Source: Spirochaetia bacterium (GTDB lineage: Bacteria; Spirochaetota; Spirochaetia; UBA9216). From it: a stretch of DNA of 64,000 nt. The notes beneath the pieces were generated by a model that made no database searches, was not told where the DNA came from, and was given only the letters and a program-made list of their open reading frames with translations. The first letter of the stretch is position 1, and each line of letters opens with the position of its first letter. A program made the position numbers and the translations under genes. Shown in pieces: positions 8,248 through 16,921 of this stretch. The stretch spans positions 1,632,001-1,696,000 of the forward strand of contig OY776510.1 in NCBI GenBank assembly GCA_963675665.1, in the 5' to 3' direction.

Positions 8248-10179
8248 ATGAGTATGTTTCCTGATGCCAATATACTGGACGTTAATCTTTCGACCGGGGA
8301 AATACAGAAGAATACGCTGGACGGGGAAACCTACCGTCTCTACCCGGGCGGCTGCGCACTTGCAAGCTACCTGATCCTGAACAGCGGCATGCCGCCTGCT
8401 GCCGACCCGCTTTCTGATGAGGCGGTGATGGTTTTTGCCGTTTCACCGACAGTAGGGCTTCCTTTCTCAGGGAATTCCAGAATGACCGTTGCGGCAAAAA
8501 GCCCGCTTACGGGAACGCTGGGCCTGTCCGAAAGCGGCGGGTTTTTCCCCGCCCGGATGGCCGCAAACGGCTGGGATGCCATGGTTTTCAGGGGCAGGTC
8601 CGCCGGACCGGTTTACCTTTATATTGACGGTGATTCTGCCGAGCTGTGTGATGCATCAGGGTTCTGGGGTAAAACAACCCTGGAAACCGAACAGTATCTG
8701 AAAGAAACAACAGGCGATAAAAGCCTTGAAATTGCCGAAATAGGACCGGCAGGTGAAAATCTGGTACGTTATGCTTCGATAATGACGCTTGCGACCCGGG
8801 CAAACGGAAGAAACGGTATGGGTGCCGTGATGGGGTCGAAGAAACTGAAGGCGGTAGTACTGAAAAAGCGCAAGCCGAAACAGCCGTTTGATAAAGAGGC
8901 TTTCAGAAACGCTTTCACGGCGTCTGTCTGGGCCAGGATTGAGAATAATGCAGCGACAAAAAACCTCGGTATAAACGGCACCAATTCAGGCCTGAAGGCT
9001 ACCAGCGATGCCGGGTTCCTGATGACAAGAAACGGTCAGACCTGCACCTTCGGTGAAAAAGCGGAAAAAATTACCGGCAACCTCATGACCGGGACTATCC
9101 TTGAAAAGCGTGATACCTGCTACGGATGCTCAATCAGGTGCAAACGGGCAATCTCGATACCCGAAAGGGGCGTGATCCCGGAATACGGAGGCCCGGAATA
9201 TGAATCGGTAGCCACTCTCGGCGCGTTCTGCGATGTTGATGATCTGGGTGATATATGCGTGGCCAACCAGCTGTGCAATATGTACGGCATGGATACCATT
9301 TCGCTCGGTGCAACAATAGCGTTTGCAATGGAATGCTATGAAGAGGGAATTATCGATGAAGAGACTACAGGCGGAACAGCGCTTCATTTCGGAAACGGAA
9401 AGATCTTCGAAGAGCTGATTAAACAGATTGCTTACCGATCGACACCTTTCGGAAACCTGATGGCCGAAGGCAGCGGGAGGCTGATCGAAGTTTTCGGAAA
9501 GGAAAGCGCCGGGTTTTTCATGGGCGTCAAGAAACAGGAATTCCCTGCGCATATGCCGATGTACAAGCACGGGCTGGCGCTTCACTATGCGGTAAATCCG
9601 TACGGCGCCGATCACGCGTCATGCACTCATGACCAGCTTCTTATCGGGCCTTCCGACAGCGAAGGAAGAATGCGGATGGCGTCCCTCGGGTTGTGGAAGG
9701 GGAACGAAAACTGTTTCGGAATAGATGATGAAAAGGTAAGGATGGTGGTAATAGGTGAGCGTTTCTATACGGTCATGAATATCTTCGGTCTCTGTGTTCT
9801 TGCCTGGGGCCCCGGGTGGCAGCTTTACGGTCCTTCTGACCTGATAAATGTCCTTAAATACGGCCTGGGTTTTGAAACTTCCGTTGCCGACCTTATGCTC
9901 TGTGCGGAACGGCAGATAGCGATGATGAGAGTTTTCAATTACCTAGCCGGGTTTCGGCCGGATGTTGATGACATGCTTCCTCCGCGGGTTTATGAGCCGC
10001 TCCCCGAGGGGTTGAATAAAGGGGTTTTTCTGAATCCTGATGAAGTGGAAAAAGGCCGGCAGCTCTATTACGGAATGACGGGTACCGACCCGGAAACAGG
10101 CTGTCCGGACGACACTACTGTAAAAAAACTGTCGCTTCAGTGGCTTAAGGAGAAAATATCCTGTGAATGTTGCAGTTAA
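8248..10179 (+). CDS. Aldehyde:ferredoxin oxidoreductase (W/Mo-pterin)
   Basis: AKSPLTG, IGPAGENLV, GMGAVMGSKKLKA, CYGCSIRC, GPEYE and GMDTIS motifs; start moved to 8248 after GGAGGT. Confidence 0.9.
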   Translation: MSMFPDANILDVNLSTGEIQKNTLDGETYRLYPGGCALASYLILNSGMPPAADPLSDEAVMVFAVSPTVGLPFSGNSRMTVAAKSPLTGTLGLSESGGFFPARMAANGWDAMVFRGRSAGPVYLYIDGDSAELCDASGFWGKTTLETEQYLKETTGDKSLEIAEIGPAGENLVRYASIMTLATRANGRNGMGAVMGSKKLKAVVLKKRKPKQPFDKEAFRNAFTASVWARIENNAATKNLGINGTNSGLKATSDAGFLMTRNGQTCTFGEKAEKITGNLMTGTILEKRDTCYGCSIRCKRAISIPERGVIPEYGGPEYESVATLGAFCDVDDLGDICVANQLCNMYGMDTISLGATIAFAMECYEEGIIDEETTGGTALHFGNGKIFEELIKQIAYRSTPFGNLMAEGSGRLIEVFGKESAGFFMGVKKQEFPAHMPMYKHGLALHYAVNPYGADHASCTHDQLLIGPSDSEGRMRMASLGLWKGNENCFGIDDEKVRMVVIGERFYTVMNIFGLCVLAWGPGWQLYGPSDLINVLKYGLGFETSVADLMLCAERQIAMMRVFNYLAGFRPDVDDMLPPRVYEPLPEGLNKGVFLNPDEVEKGRQLYYGMTGTDPETGCPDDTTVKKLSLQWLKEKISCECCS

Positions 10180-10363
10180 CGGTAAAAATATGCTGTTGGC
10201 CGACAACAGCAGTCTCCCGTCTCTGATTGAGAGTATGGGGTTTCAGGACAACAGCTCGGCAGTATGGATTAACGGCAGGAAACTGCAGTTCCGGGAATAC
10301 AGTGAAACTGTTCTCCGGGGCGGAGACAATGTAAAAATTATGCAGATTGTAATAGGCGGGTGA
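10163..10363 (+). CDS. ThiS/MoaD-family sulfur carrier protein
   Basis: 66 aa with C-terminal GG, immediately after the AOR gene; AGGAG RBS. Confidence 0.8.
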   Translation: MNVAVNGKNMLLADNSSLPSLIESMGFQDNSSAVWINGRKLQFREYSETVLRGGDNVKIMQIVIGG

Positions 10364-10434
10364 TTTTTGAGGTTTTTAAAGGAGAGGCAATTTTAAAAAT
10401 GAGAAATTTTTGAAATTGCTACATTAGATTTATG

Positions 10435-10533
10435 TGGAGTATTTTTGACATTTAGTTATAGACTAAACATTTATATTATTTTGTCAAAAATACTCCAAAG
10501 GACTCTTTCAAAACAAACCGAGTTTTGAAAGAG
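10435..10533 (+). promoter_or_regulatory. Two tandem inverted repeats upstream of the TRAP genes
   Basis: Perfect 16-bp IR tggagtatttttgaca (10435-10450)/tgtcaaaaatactcca (10482-10497), then a 12-bp IR ctctttcaaaac/gttttgaaagag (10503-10533) just before the AGGAGG RBS. Confidence 0.55.
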
Positions 10534-10548
10534 CCTCAGGAGGATGTT

Positions 10549-11034
10549 TTGGTCAGATTTGTAGATAAAATAATGCGGGTTGTCGAAGTCATAATGATTG
10601 CCCTTCTTACGGCGGCCGTCCTTGTGATAGTGGCGCAGATCTTCTGGCGCTATGTGTTAAGGGCGCCGCTCGGGTGGACCGAGCAGGTGGCAAGAACAGG
10701 TTTTATCTGGCTCGTCATGCTGGGTATCCCTGCTATGTTCAACAGAAATATAAAAATGTCTTTCGATATTATTCTCAATAAAATTCCGGGCAGGGCAAAT
10801 ACTGTCATCCAGTTTGCTCTTCTTCTTGTGGGACTGTCCTTCTGCGTATTCTATTTTACTGCAGGACTTCAGCTCTGCATGAGGACCGGCGGACGGATGG
10901 TTCCCGGTATGCCTATTCCGCTGAACCTGCTGTACAGTGCACAGCCTGCCGGGTCAGCGCTGCTGTTCATCGTATTTTTAAAACAGACGGTTCTTCTGTT
11001 TCATGAAACAGCAACTGAAGTGAGGAGCATATAA
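10549..11034 (+). CDS. TRAP transporter small permease (DctQ)
   Basis: Four hydrophobic segments; QIFWRYVL..PLGWTEQVAR motif; TTG start after AGGAGG. Confidence 0.85.
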   Translation: MVRFVDKIMRVVEVIMIALLTAAVLVIVAQIFWRYVLRAPLGWTEQVARTGFIWLVMLGIPAMFNRNIKMSFDIILNKIPGRANTVIQFALLLVGLSFCVFYFTAGLQLCMRTGGRMVPGMPIPLNLLYSAQPAGSALLFIVFLKQTVLLFHETATEVRSI

Positions 11035-12308
11035 TGGTAGCTGTAATACTTATTGTTTTTTTCAGCTTATTGCTGATGGGAACTCCTATTATCATTTCGA
11101 TGGGCGGCACAAGCATGATGTGGCTGCTGACCCACACCTCTGTTCCCAACCTTGTTATAGCCCAGAAGATGTTTACGGCAACCGACAGTTTTGCACTGAT
11201 GGCTGTTCCGTTCTTCATGCTTGCCGGCCAGATAATGGAACGCACGGGCATAACCGAAGACATCGTTAAATTCGCGAAAAGCGCTGTCGGCCATATACAG
11301 GGCGGGCTGGCGCATACTTCCATTGCTTCTGGAATCCTGATGGCGGGGATCTCCGGCTCGTCCAACGCGGACGCTTCAGCGCTCGGGGCTATTCTGCTGA
11401 AGGGAATGAAGAAGGGCGGTTATGAAGACGGCTGGTCGGTGGCAATTGTTTCAGCCGCGGCAAGCCTCGGGCCGATAATTCCGCCGAGTATTATCATGAT
11501 ACTCTACGGAAACGCTGCGGGGCTCAATATAGGCAAGCTGTTTATGGGCGGAATAATTCCGGGGCTTATTCTCGGTCTCGGCTACATGGTTGTCAGCTAT
11601 TTCTATGCTAAAAGCAAGGGAATGCCGCTGCAGCCCTTTGCAGGTTTCAAAAATATCTGGATCAGCTTCACCAGGGCTATCTGGGCTCTTTTCATGCCAA
11701 TCATTATTCTCGGCGGTATTCTTCTAGGAGTTTTTACTGCAACCGAAGCAGGTGTAACCGCTATAGTCTACGGACTGATATACGGACTGGTCAGAAAGAA
11801 GATGAGTCCTAAGCAGATTTTCGAAGCTGTACGTGATGCGGCAATATCATCAGCGGGACCAATCGGCATTATAGCGATATCCAGTATTTTCAGCTACATC
11901 CTTGCCCGCGAGGGAATCACGACCATGATTTCAAACTTCTGCCTGTTGCACATTTCGTCACCACAGCTGATGCTGATGTTTGTTGCAATAGTCTGTGTGG
12001 TTGCTGGCTGCTTTATAGACGGGGTTGCAACAATGCTTCTGCTTACGCCGATCTTCCTGCCAATCGTTCAGGGCATGGGAATCGATGTTCAGCAGTTCTC
12101 AATAATATTCATGGTGGCTGTCATGTCCGGAGGTTTGACTCCCCCGGTCGGAAGTATTCTGTTTGTCGTCACATCAATAGACAACACACCGTTCAGCAAG
12201 GTAGTAAAACCGATACTTCCCTTTGTTTCTATTGTTGCGGTTGTAATGCTGCTGATGATTTTTATTCCGGGTTTAACAACCCTGGTTCCCGGCCTGTTCG
12301 GGTACTGA
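11034..12308 (+). CDS. TRAP transporter large permease (DctM)
   Basis: AVPFFMLAG, GISGSSNAD, IIPPSI, FTATEA and TPPVG motifs. Confidence 0.9.
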   Translation: MVAVILIVFFSLLLMGTPIIISMGGTSMMWLLTHTSVPNLVIAQKMFTATDSFALMAVPFFMLAGQIMERTGITEDIVKFAKSAVGHIQGGLAHTSIASGILMAGISGSSNADASALGAILLKGMKKGGYEDGWSVAIVSAAASLGPIIPPSIIMILYGNAAGLNIGKLFMGGIIPGLILGLGYMVVSYFYAKSKGMPLQPFAGFKNIWISFTRAIWALFMPIIILGGILLGVFTATEAGVTAIVYGLIYGLVRKKMSPKQIFEAVRDAAISSAGPIGIIAISSIFSYILAREGITTMISNFCLLHISSPQLMLMFVAIVCVVAGCFIDGVATMLLLTPIFLPIVQGMGIDVQQFSIIFMVAVMSGGLTPPVGSILFVVTSIDNTPFSKVVKPILPFVSIVAVVMLLMIFIPGLTTLVPGLFGY

Positions 12309-12378
12309 TGATATGGTAATTAACCGTGTGCGCAGCGGTTATTATATTTTTCGGATTATATTTTTCAGGAGGAAAAAG

Positions 12379-13422
12379 ATGAAGAGATTTGGACTTATGG
12401 TACTTGTGTTACTATGCGTCGGAGGGTTGACTGTTTATGCAAATGGAGCGGCAGAAGAGACAAAAGCAGCTTCAGGCGGTGATGCTCTTGCTGATCAGGA
12501 GCCGATTACAATAGTATTTGCTACTCCGAACGGGGCTAATAACATTGAATCCATCTATTCGCAGAAATGGATGGAGCTGGTAAAGGAAAGAAGCGAAGGC
12601 AAGATTGATTTTCAGTATACAAACGGCGGAGCTCTCGGGTCCTATGCCGAGCTGCTGGAAGGTATTGAATACGGCGTTTACGATATGTCCATTACCGATG
12701 TAAGTTACATCCAGAATTACGTTCCGGAATCAGTAGTACTGACCCTGCCGTTTATCTTTGATAATTACGATCATGCCGCAAAAGTATTTACAGGTGATAT
12801 CGGCAAGTGGTATGCGGATCTTGTTTCAGAGCAGACCAACATTAAGGTTCTTAACTATTATTTCTGCGGGTTCCGTTATATCTGTTCAAAAAAGCCTATC
12901 AAATCGCTTGATGATTGCGAGAATGAACTTATCCGTTCACCGCAGATTCAGGTTTATAATGATCTTCTCGGGCTGATGGGATTCAGCTATGTTACAATGG
13001 CCTGGTCGGAAGCATATACTGCAATGTCTACAGGCGTTATTAATGCAGTGGAGGTTCCCCTGCAGAACATCTATGAAGCCGGTTTTTATGAACTCGGCAA
13101 TAATATTACCGGAACAAGACATCTGCTTTCAGTTAACAATGTAGTAGCGAATGAACAGTTCTGGGATGAACTCCCGGCAGTCTATAAAGATATAATGGTT
13201 GAAGCGCTTGATGAGGTTACATCTGATGAATATGTAGCTGTAGCCAATAATGAATCTGATTATATTAACAAACTTAAAGATGAAGGTTGTGCATTCCATG
13301 AATTTGATCAGGCAGCTAAGAAACAGCTTAATGATACATTTTCTAATTACTGGCTTGATAAAGTGTCCGTCCTTGGAAATGATGTAGTTTCTGTTCTTGA
13401 TGATATTGTTTCTCTGAAATAA
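12379..13422 (+). CDS. TRAP transporter substrate-binding protein (DctP)
   Basis: Signal peptide MKRFGL...YANG, GALGS, LPFIF and EAYTAMSTGVINAVE motifs; start moved to 12379 after AGGAGG. Confidence 0.85.
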   Translation: MKRFGLMVLVLLCVGGLTVYANGAAEETKAASGGDALADQEPITIVFATPNGANNIESIYSQKWMELVKERSEGKIDFQYTNGGALGSYAELLEGIEYGVYDMSITDVSYIQNYVPESVVLTLPFIFDNYDHAAKVFTGDIGKWYADLVSEQTNIKVLNYYFCGFRYICSKKPIKSLDDCENELIRSPQIQVYNDLLGLMGFSYVTMAWSEAYTAMSTGVINAVEVPLQNIYEAGFYELGNNITGTRHLLSVNNVVANEQFWDELPAVYKDIMVEALDEVTSDEYVAVANNESDYINKLKDEGCAFHEFDQAAKKQLNDTFSNYWLDKVSVLGNDVVSVLDDIVSLK

Positions 13423-13440
13423 TTATATTTGCCTGTGTTT

Positions 13441-13482
13441 TGTCTGATTTGCCGGAAGATAAGGCTTCCGGTAAATCGGGCA
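13441..13482 (+). terminator. 18-bp RNA hairpin after dctP (mRNA-stabilising or partial terminator)
   Basis: tgtctgatttgccggaag/cttccggtaaatcgggca pairs fully on the + strand with three G.U wobbles; no U tract. Confidence 0.55.
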
Positions 13483-13524
13483 GATCATGTCCGGTATCAT
13501 TGTTGACTAAGGAGGAATGATAAA

Positions 13525-14484
13525 ATGAAAATTGAAGCATCGCGTTCGGCGTTTTCATCCTGCAACGATCGTTTCATGAAAAACTACAAGAAGGATATAC
13601 CGTTTGAAGAGCAGTGCCGGATTCTGAAAGAAATTGACTATGTTGATGCTATTCCTGTTACTTATACCAGGGAGACCGATCCTGAAAAGCTTAAGGCATA
13701 CCTTGCGGACCAAGGCCTGAGGGCGGGAACGGTCGTTCCGAATACTTACTCTGACATCAACTATGCCAACGGAACCCTGACCAACCGCGATAAAAAGATC
13801 CGGACCGGGATTACAGCATTCTGTGCCGAAGCACTGGACTTCTGTGAAGCCGTCGGCGGTGTTGATGTGATGCTGTGGCTTGGTCACGACGGGTACGATT
13901 ACCCTTTTGAAGATGACTACAGTATGAGGTGGGACTGGCTTGTAGAGAACCTGCATACAGTTGCATCCCGCAGAAACGATGTAAAAGTCGCTATTGAATA
14001 TAAACCGGCGGATCCGAGGATTTACCAGTATATCTCGAGTGCCGCAAAGGCCCTTGTGCTTTGCAACGAGGTCGGACTCGACAATCTCGGGGTCATTCTG
14101 GATTACGGGCATGCTTTGGTAGCAGGCGAATGCCCTGCTGAGAGCGTCGACCTTCTTGCCAGACATAAAAGGCTTTTTCATATTCATCTTAGCGATAATT
14201 ATTCAAAAACCGACGACGATATGATAATGGGAAGCGTAAGCCTGTGGCAGACCTTGGACTTCCTTTATCACCTACAGAAGGCCGGTTACGACGGGTGGTA
14301 TGTAATGGATATCTGGCCGCCTCGGATGGACGGTGTTGCAGCAACCCGGACCTTTGTAAATATAGCAAGGGGATTGTGGGAAATAGCAGGTTCGCTGCCG
14401 CGGGATCTTATACGGCAATACCAGGAAGAAAATAATGTTCCGGCAATTTTTGATCTTCTCGGAAATCATGTGCTGAAAATATAA
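13525..14484 (+). CDS. Xylose isomerase-like TIM-barrel sugar isomerase/epimerase
   Basis: WLGHDG.DYPF, IEYKP.DPR, LDYGHAL and HIHLSDN metal-binding motifs. Confidence 0.8.
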   Translation: MKIEASRSAFSSCNDRFMKNYKKDIPFEEQCRILKEIDYVDAIPVTYTRETDPEKLKAYLADQGLRAGTVVPNTYSDINYANGTLTNRDKKIRTGITAFCAEALDFCEAVGGVDVMLWLGHDGYDYPFEDDYSMRWDWLVENLHTVASRRNDVKVAIEYKPADPRIYQYISSAAKALVLCNEVGLDNLGVILDYGHALVAGECPAESVDLLARHKRLFHIHLSDNYSKTDDDMIMGSVSLWQTLDFLYHLQKAGYDGWYVMDIWPPRMDGVAATRTFVNIARGLWEIAGSLPRDLIRQYQEENNVPAIFDLLGNHVLKI

Positions 14485-14501
14485 TTAAGGAATGATATTT
14501 T

Positions 14502-14816
14502 ATGGAAAGATTTGTCTGGAAAGGCCGTGTGCAGTCCGGAAAGCTCAGTGAATATATAAAAAAACATGATGAGATCTGGTCCGAAATGGTAGACCTGATG
14601 CACAGGGCCGGAATGCGTAATTATTCGATCTGGAATAATGATCTGGAACTGATAGGGTATTATGAATTTGACGGCCCGGAAAAGAAACAGCAGGTCTATC
14701 GCGAACACCGGGATGTTCTCGATAAATGGACCGCCCATATGGGCGGAATAATGGAGATGGACAGGGACGCAAATGGAAGCGTCCTGGTTTATAAACAGGT
14801 TTTTTTAATGGAATAG
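14502..14816 (+). CDS. L-rhamnose mutarotase family protein
   Basis: EYIKKHDEIWSEM...AGMRNYSIW signature, 104 aa. Confidence 0.8.
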   Translation: MERFVWKGRVQSGKLSEYIKKHDEIWSEMVDLMHRAGMRNYSIWNNDLELIGYYEFDGPEKKQQVYREHRDVLDKWTAHMGGIMEMDRDANGSVLVYKQVFLME

Positions 14817-14828
14817 GAAGCAGTTGTT

Positions 14829-15314
14829 ATGAATAAGGACGTTCAGAAGCTTTTCCCAAGGCTGGCGCAGGTAGGCGTGGTTGTAAGGGACCTTGAGGCT
14901 TCAATAAAAGAATACGAAAAGATTCTCGGAATTAAACCCCACCGCGTAATCGAACAGTCGCCTACCGGTAACGGGAAAAAATATTACTACGGAAAGGAAT
15001 CGAATTTCTTCCAGAAAGTAGCCCTTTACCAGCTTGGCGATATTGAATTCGAATTACTGCAGCCGTTCGGAAGCGATTCGGTACTGAAAGATTACCTTGA
15101 AAAGTACGGAGAGGGTATCCATCATATCGCGTTTGACACAGGCGATTTTAAAGGCGTATGCACTCATTTTGAGGAAAACGGGATACCTCTGGCCCAGACC
15201 GGTCCGACATCACGCCATCCGGCCCTTAAGTGGGCTTTCTTTGATACCGTTAAGGAATTAGGGACTACTATCGAAGTCTTTAATGCGCTTGAAGTTTCTA
15301 GGCTTGAAGAATAA
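14829..15314 (+). CDS. VOC-family protein (methylmalonyl-CoA epimerase-like)
   Basis: QVGVVVRD, FELLQP and GEGIHHIAF motifs. Confidence 0.8.
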   Translation: MNKDVQKLFPRLAQVGVVVRDLEASIKEYEKILGIKPHRVIEQSPTGNGKKYYYGKESNFFQKVALYQLGDIEFELLQPFGSDSVLKDYLEKYGEGIHHIAFDTGDFKGVCTHFEENGIPLAQTGPTSRHPALKWAFFDTVKELGTTIEVFNALEVSRLEE

Positions 15315-15376
15315 TAATCATTAATCCAGATCTTCCCGATTTATATCTGCCGACTTAGTGATAAGGAGAAATTATT

Positions 15377-16825
15377 ATGAAGATGTATATAGGCGGTTCT
15401 GAAAGAAATTCGTCAGACGGAAAAACAATAGAAGTTATAAATCCTGCAACAAACGAGGTGATTGATACTGTACCATCCGCAACCGGAGAAGATATTAATG
15501 AAATTCTTGATAATGCGAAAAAGGGAGAAACGGTTTGGGCTGCTGTGCCGCTGCATGAAAGAATAAAAATCATGCAGAGATTTGTTGATCTTGTGATGTG
15601 GGAAGATAACCGTAAAGAAATGGCGCTTATAATGTCACGAGAAATGGGAAAGCCTTATAATGAGTCTTACGGAGACTTCATGATCCTGAGGAATCATATA
15701 GAAGGATTTATATCAGCTGCGCGGAACAATCTGACGGGAAATACTCTTCCAATCGGGGGGGGAGCCGGGAAGGAATGGGATTTTGACGTTACCATCCGTC
15801 AGCCCATAGGAACTATCGTCTGTATCATAGCATTTAATGCTCCGCTGACTCTTTTTGCAAAGAAGGTTGCCCCCGCTCTGCTCACGGGAAACTGTGCAAT
15901 AGTAAAACCTGCTACAGATGATCCGCTGACAGTTCTTATGCTAAGCAGACTCATACTCGAAGCAGGTGTTCCGGGGAATGCATATCAGTGTATAACCGGA
16001 CGTGGAGAGGTTACCGGAGATCTGCTGGTCGGCGATAAGCGTATTGCAGGAGTTGACTTCACGGGGAGTACTGATGTAGGCATAAGAATAGGTGAGCTTT
16101 GCGGACGGAATCTTAAATTTCAGAGTCTTGAAATGGGAGGGAATGCGCCGCTTATTATCTGCGCTGATGCAGATGTTGATTATGCAGTTAATGAAGCCTC
16201 CGCCGGAAGAGGCGGGTACCTGAGCGGACAGATATGTTCTGTTGGGAAAAGGTTCATTGTTCATAAATCAATTCATGATCAGTTTGTAAAAACTCTGGTT
16301 GCAAAACTCGGTACTGTAAAGGTCGGCGATCCGATGGACCTTGATACGCAAATGGGAACATTAATAAGCGAAAAGGCTGCAAAAAGGGTTGAGGATCAGG
16401 TTAATCTTACAATTAAACAGGGAGCGACGCTTGTTCTGGGAAATAAACGAGACGGAGCATTTTACGGTCCAACAGTTCTTGATAAAGTAGACAGGACTAT
16501 GGATATCGTCCATGATATGGAAGTTTTTGGACCAGTATTCCCTATTATCACATTTGATACTATGGAAGAGGCTGTTGAGATTGCAAACGATACGAAATAT
16601 GGATTAGGGGCCGGTATTATTACCAATGATTTAAGCTTGGGAATGAAGGTTGCGTTACAGCTTGAATCCGGAAATGTGGTTGTAAACGGACAAACTTTTT
16701 ACCGCAACCTGCTCACACCTTTCGGAGGGGCCAAGGAAAGCGGAGTTGGGCGGGAGGGCCAGACTGCCACCCTGCTTGCAATGACGGAAATAAAGAATAT
16801 CGTCTTTAAGAACATATTAAGATAA
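15377..16825 (+). CDS. NAD(P)-dependent aldehyde dehydrogenase (lactaldehyde dehydrogenase-like)
   Basis: FNAP, FTGST, LEMGGNAP, GQICS, EVFGPV and PFGGAKESG motifs. Confidence 0.9.
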   Translation: MKMYIGGSERNSSDGKTIEVINPATNEVIDTVPSATGEDINEILDNAKKGETVWAAVPLHERIKIMQRFVDLVMWEDNRKEMALIMSREMGKPYNESYGDFMILRNHIEGFISAARNNLTGNTLPIGGGAGKEWDFDVTIRQPIGTIVCIIAFNAPLTLFAKKVAPALLTGNCAIVKPATDDPLTVLMLSRLILEAGVPGNAYQCITGRGEVTGDLLVGDKRIAGVDFTGSTDVGIRIGELCGRNLKFQSLEMGGNAPLIICADADVDYAVNEASAGRGGYLSGQICSVGKRFIVHKSIHDQFVKTLVAKLGTVKVGDPMDLDTQMGTLISEKAAKRVEDQVNLTIKQGATLVLGNKRDGAFYGPTVLDKVDRTMDIVHDMEVFGPVFPIITFDTMEEAVEIANDTKYGLGAGIITNDLSLGMKVALQLESGNVVVNGQTFYRNLLTPFGGAKESGVGREGQTATLLAMTEIKNIVFKNILR

Positions 16826-16921
16826 CTGTCATTTTGGAATTTAAAGTTTCATAAAGTATTTGTTTAGAATCAGCGAAAAGAGATCTTGGATCCCTGTTTG
16901 GCTGTTGATTTTGATGATTAA

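Noticed and set aside
10435-10497. Invertible promoter switch, or another copy of the 113-bp element
   Set aside because: Only 31 bp lie between the arms, no recombinase gene is present, and there are no ANGGA loops or sequence similarity to the element.
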